The notes under the pieces were generated by a model, which worked only from the letters and a program-made list of their open reading frames with translations, was not told where the DNA came from and did not search any database. A stretch of 26,796 nt of DNA from Steroidobacteraceae bacterium. Lineage in GTDB: Bacteria; Pseudomonadota; Gammaproteobacteria; Steroidobacterales; Steroidobacteraceae. This document shows, one piece after another, positions 24,968 to 26,796 of this stretch. Each line of letters opens with the position of its first letter. Position 1 is the stretch's first letter. The DNA lies in contig DATHLO010000053.1 in NCBI GenBank assembly GCA_035488075.1, forward strand, positions 1 through 26,796, given 5' to 3'. The position numbers and the translations under genes were made by a program.

Positions 24968-25483
24968 ATGCGCCACATCATCGCCATCCTGCTGCAGAAC
25001 GAGGCCGGGGCCCTCACCCGTGTCGCCGGGCTTTTCTCCACGCGCGGCTACAACATCGAGTCGCTCTCGGTCGCGACCACCGATGACCCGACCGTGTCGC
25101 GCCTGACGCTCGTCACGAGCGGCTCGGATCCGGTCATCCAGCAGATCGTCAACCAGCTGAACAAGCTCGTGGACGTGGTGAACGTGCTCGACATGACGCG
25201 CGGGGAGCACCTCGAGCGCGAGCTCGTGCTGCTGAAGCTGCGCGTGGCGGCCGGCGAGACCGATGCGGTGCGCGGCCAGGTGGTGCGCAGCGGCGGCCGG
25301 GTGCTCGATCCGGCCAGCGAAGGGTTCATCGTGGAGCTGACCGCGAGTGAGGCGGAGGTGAACGGCTTCGTCGCCGAGCTCGCGCGGCGCGCCGAGCTGC
25401 TCGAGGTGGTACGCAGCGGCGCGCTCGGGATCAGCCGCAGCGCGCGCCCGCTGCGGGTGCGGGCCGCGCCGGCGACCCTCTAG
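24968..25483 (+). CDS. ilvN: Acetolactate synthase small (regulatory) subunit
   Basis: MRHIIAILLQNEAGALTRVAGLFSTRGYNIESLSV...QLNKLVDV...ERELVLLK...EVVRSG (IlvH/IlvN type). Start ATG 24968. Confidence 0.95.
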   Translation: MRHIIAILLQNEAGALTRVAGLFSTRGYNIESLSVATTDDPTVSRLTLVTSGSDPVIQQIVNQLNKLVDVVNVLDMTRGEHLERELVLLKLRVAAGETDAVRGQVVRSGGRVLDPASEGFIVELTASEAEVNGFVAELARRAELLEVVRSGALGISRSARPLRVRAAPATL

Positions 25484-26454
25484 GGCAAGAGCACCGTTGA
25501 GCCGGTGGTGCGGCGGCCTTCGAGGTCGCGCTGCGCCTCGGCGGCCTGCGCCAGGGGATACTTCTGCCCGATCAGCACGCGCACCTTCTTCGCCTTCACC
25601 GCCGCAAACAGCTCGCGCGCCGCCGCTGTGAGCTCCGCGCGCGTCGCGATGTAGTTGAAGAGCGAGGGCCGGGTGAGAAAGAGCGAACCGCGCTTGGCGA
25701 GCTCGAGCGGACTGATCGCCGGCGGCGGACCGGAGGCGTTGCCGTAGCTCACCATGATCCCCAAGCGGCGCACGCAGTCGAGCGAGTCCATGAACGTGTC
25801 CTTGCCGACGGCGTCGTACACTGCCGCGACGCCCGTGCCGCCGGTGAGGGCCTTGACGCTCGCGACCAGCTCGTCGCGCCCGGAGATGAGCACGTGCCGG
25901 CAGCCGTGCTTCCTGGCGATCTCCGCCTTGGCATCACTGCCCACCACGCCGATCACCTTCGCGCCGAGCGCTTTCGCCCACTGGCACAGGATAAGACCGA
26001 CGCCGCCGGCGGCGGCGTGCACGAGGATCGTGTCGCCGCGCTGCACCTTGTAGGTGCGGCGGATGAGGAAGTGCGCCGTCAGGCCCTTGAGCATGAGTGC
26101 CGCCGCCTGTTCATCCGACACGCCGCGCGGCACCTTCACCAGGCGCTCCGCGGGCACGTTGCGCAGTTCGCTGTACGCCCCGGGCGTGGGCATCACGTAG
26201 GCGACGCGCTCGCCGCGGCGAAACCCGCGCACGCCGCGCCCCGCGCGCGCGACCACGCCTGCGGCCTCACGCCCGAGCCCGCTGGGCAGCTGCACGGCAT
26301 AAAGGCCGGTGCGATCGTAGACGTCGATGTAATTGAGGCCGATCGCGGTGTGGCGCACCTGCACCTCGTGCGAAGCGGGCGGGCCCGGATCGAATTCCTC
26401 GACGCAAAGCACTGCAGGTCCGCCGTGCTCGTGGAAGCGGATGGCGACTGGCAT
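25480..26454 (-). CDS. qor: NADPH:quinone oxidoreductase (zeta-crystallin/MDR family)
   Basis: HGGPAVL, IGLNYIDVY, LGREAAG, LKGLTA, HAAAGGVG, YGNASG, GSLFLTRP and TTGSTVL. Confidence 0.93.
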   Translation of the reverse strand: MPVAIRFHEHGGPAVLCVEEFDPGPPASHEVQVRHTAIGLNYIDVYDRTGLYAVQLPSGLGREAAGVVARAGRGVRGFRRGERVAYVMPTPGAYSELRNVPAERLVKVPRGVSDEQAAALMLKGLTAHFLIRRTYKVQRGDTILVHAAAGGVGLILCQWAKALGAKVIGVVGSDAKAEIARKHGCRHVLISGRDELVASVKALTGGTGVAAVYDAVGKDTFMDSLDCVRRLGIMVSYGNASGPPPAISPLELAKRGSLFLTRPSLFNYIATRAELTAAARELFAAVKAKKVRVLIGQKYPLAQAAEAQRDLEGRRTTGSTVLLP

Positions 26455-26504
26455 AAGAGGCGCAGGATAGCGCGCGGCGGGGCGCGCAGCCTATGTCCCG
26501 TCAG

Positions 26505-26796
<292 letters not shown>

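Overview
GC-rich proteobacterial chromosomal segment. The CTGT-N8-ACAG LexA box and the gene set fit a beta/gammaproteobacterium, but the taxon cannot be confirmed from the sequence alone. About 21 CDSs are supported, mostly on the minus strand: NlpC/P60 lipoprotein, TIP30/YraR-like oxidoreductase, membrane Ser/Thr kinase, PA0069-family radical SAM protein, DUF4870 protein, BtuB-like receptor, DUF3429 protein, AI-2E transporter, ilvA, coiled-coil FHA protein, degenerate alpha/beta hydrolase, small lipoprotein, VOC protein, EamA transporter, NdvB-like glucan synthase, gloA, amidohydrolase, AHAS large and small subunits, quinone oxidoreductase and a partial P-II gene. Two riboswitches (c-di-GMP-I and cobalamin) are recognisable by eye. 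The standout locus is 4305-6460. A near-consensus SOS box overlaps a sigma70-like promoter that predicts a leaderless mRNA for the radical SAM protein. That protein's CxxxCxxC motif is split by a 345-aa LAGLIDADG intein, which creates an extein Cys(-3)/intein Cys1 CxxC pair (a possible redox trap). The protein also ends in a beta-clamp-type motif. Other oddities are a double-VOC protein fused to a histone-H1-like tail, head-to-head AHAS subunit genes, a pseudo-hydrolase and an FHA protein with candidate self-binding Thr motifs. No CRISPR array, tRNA, rRNA, transposase or phage gene was seen. All family assignments come from motif recognition, not database searches.
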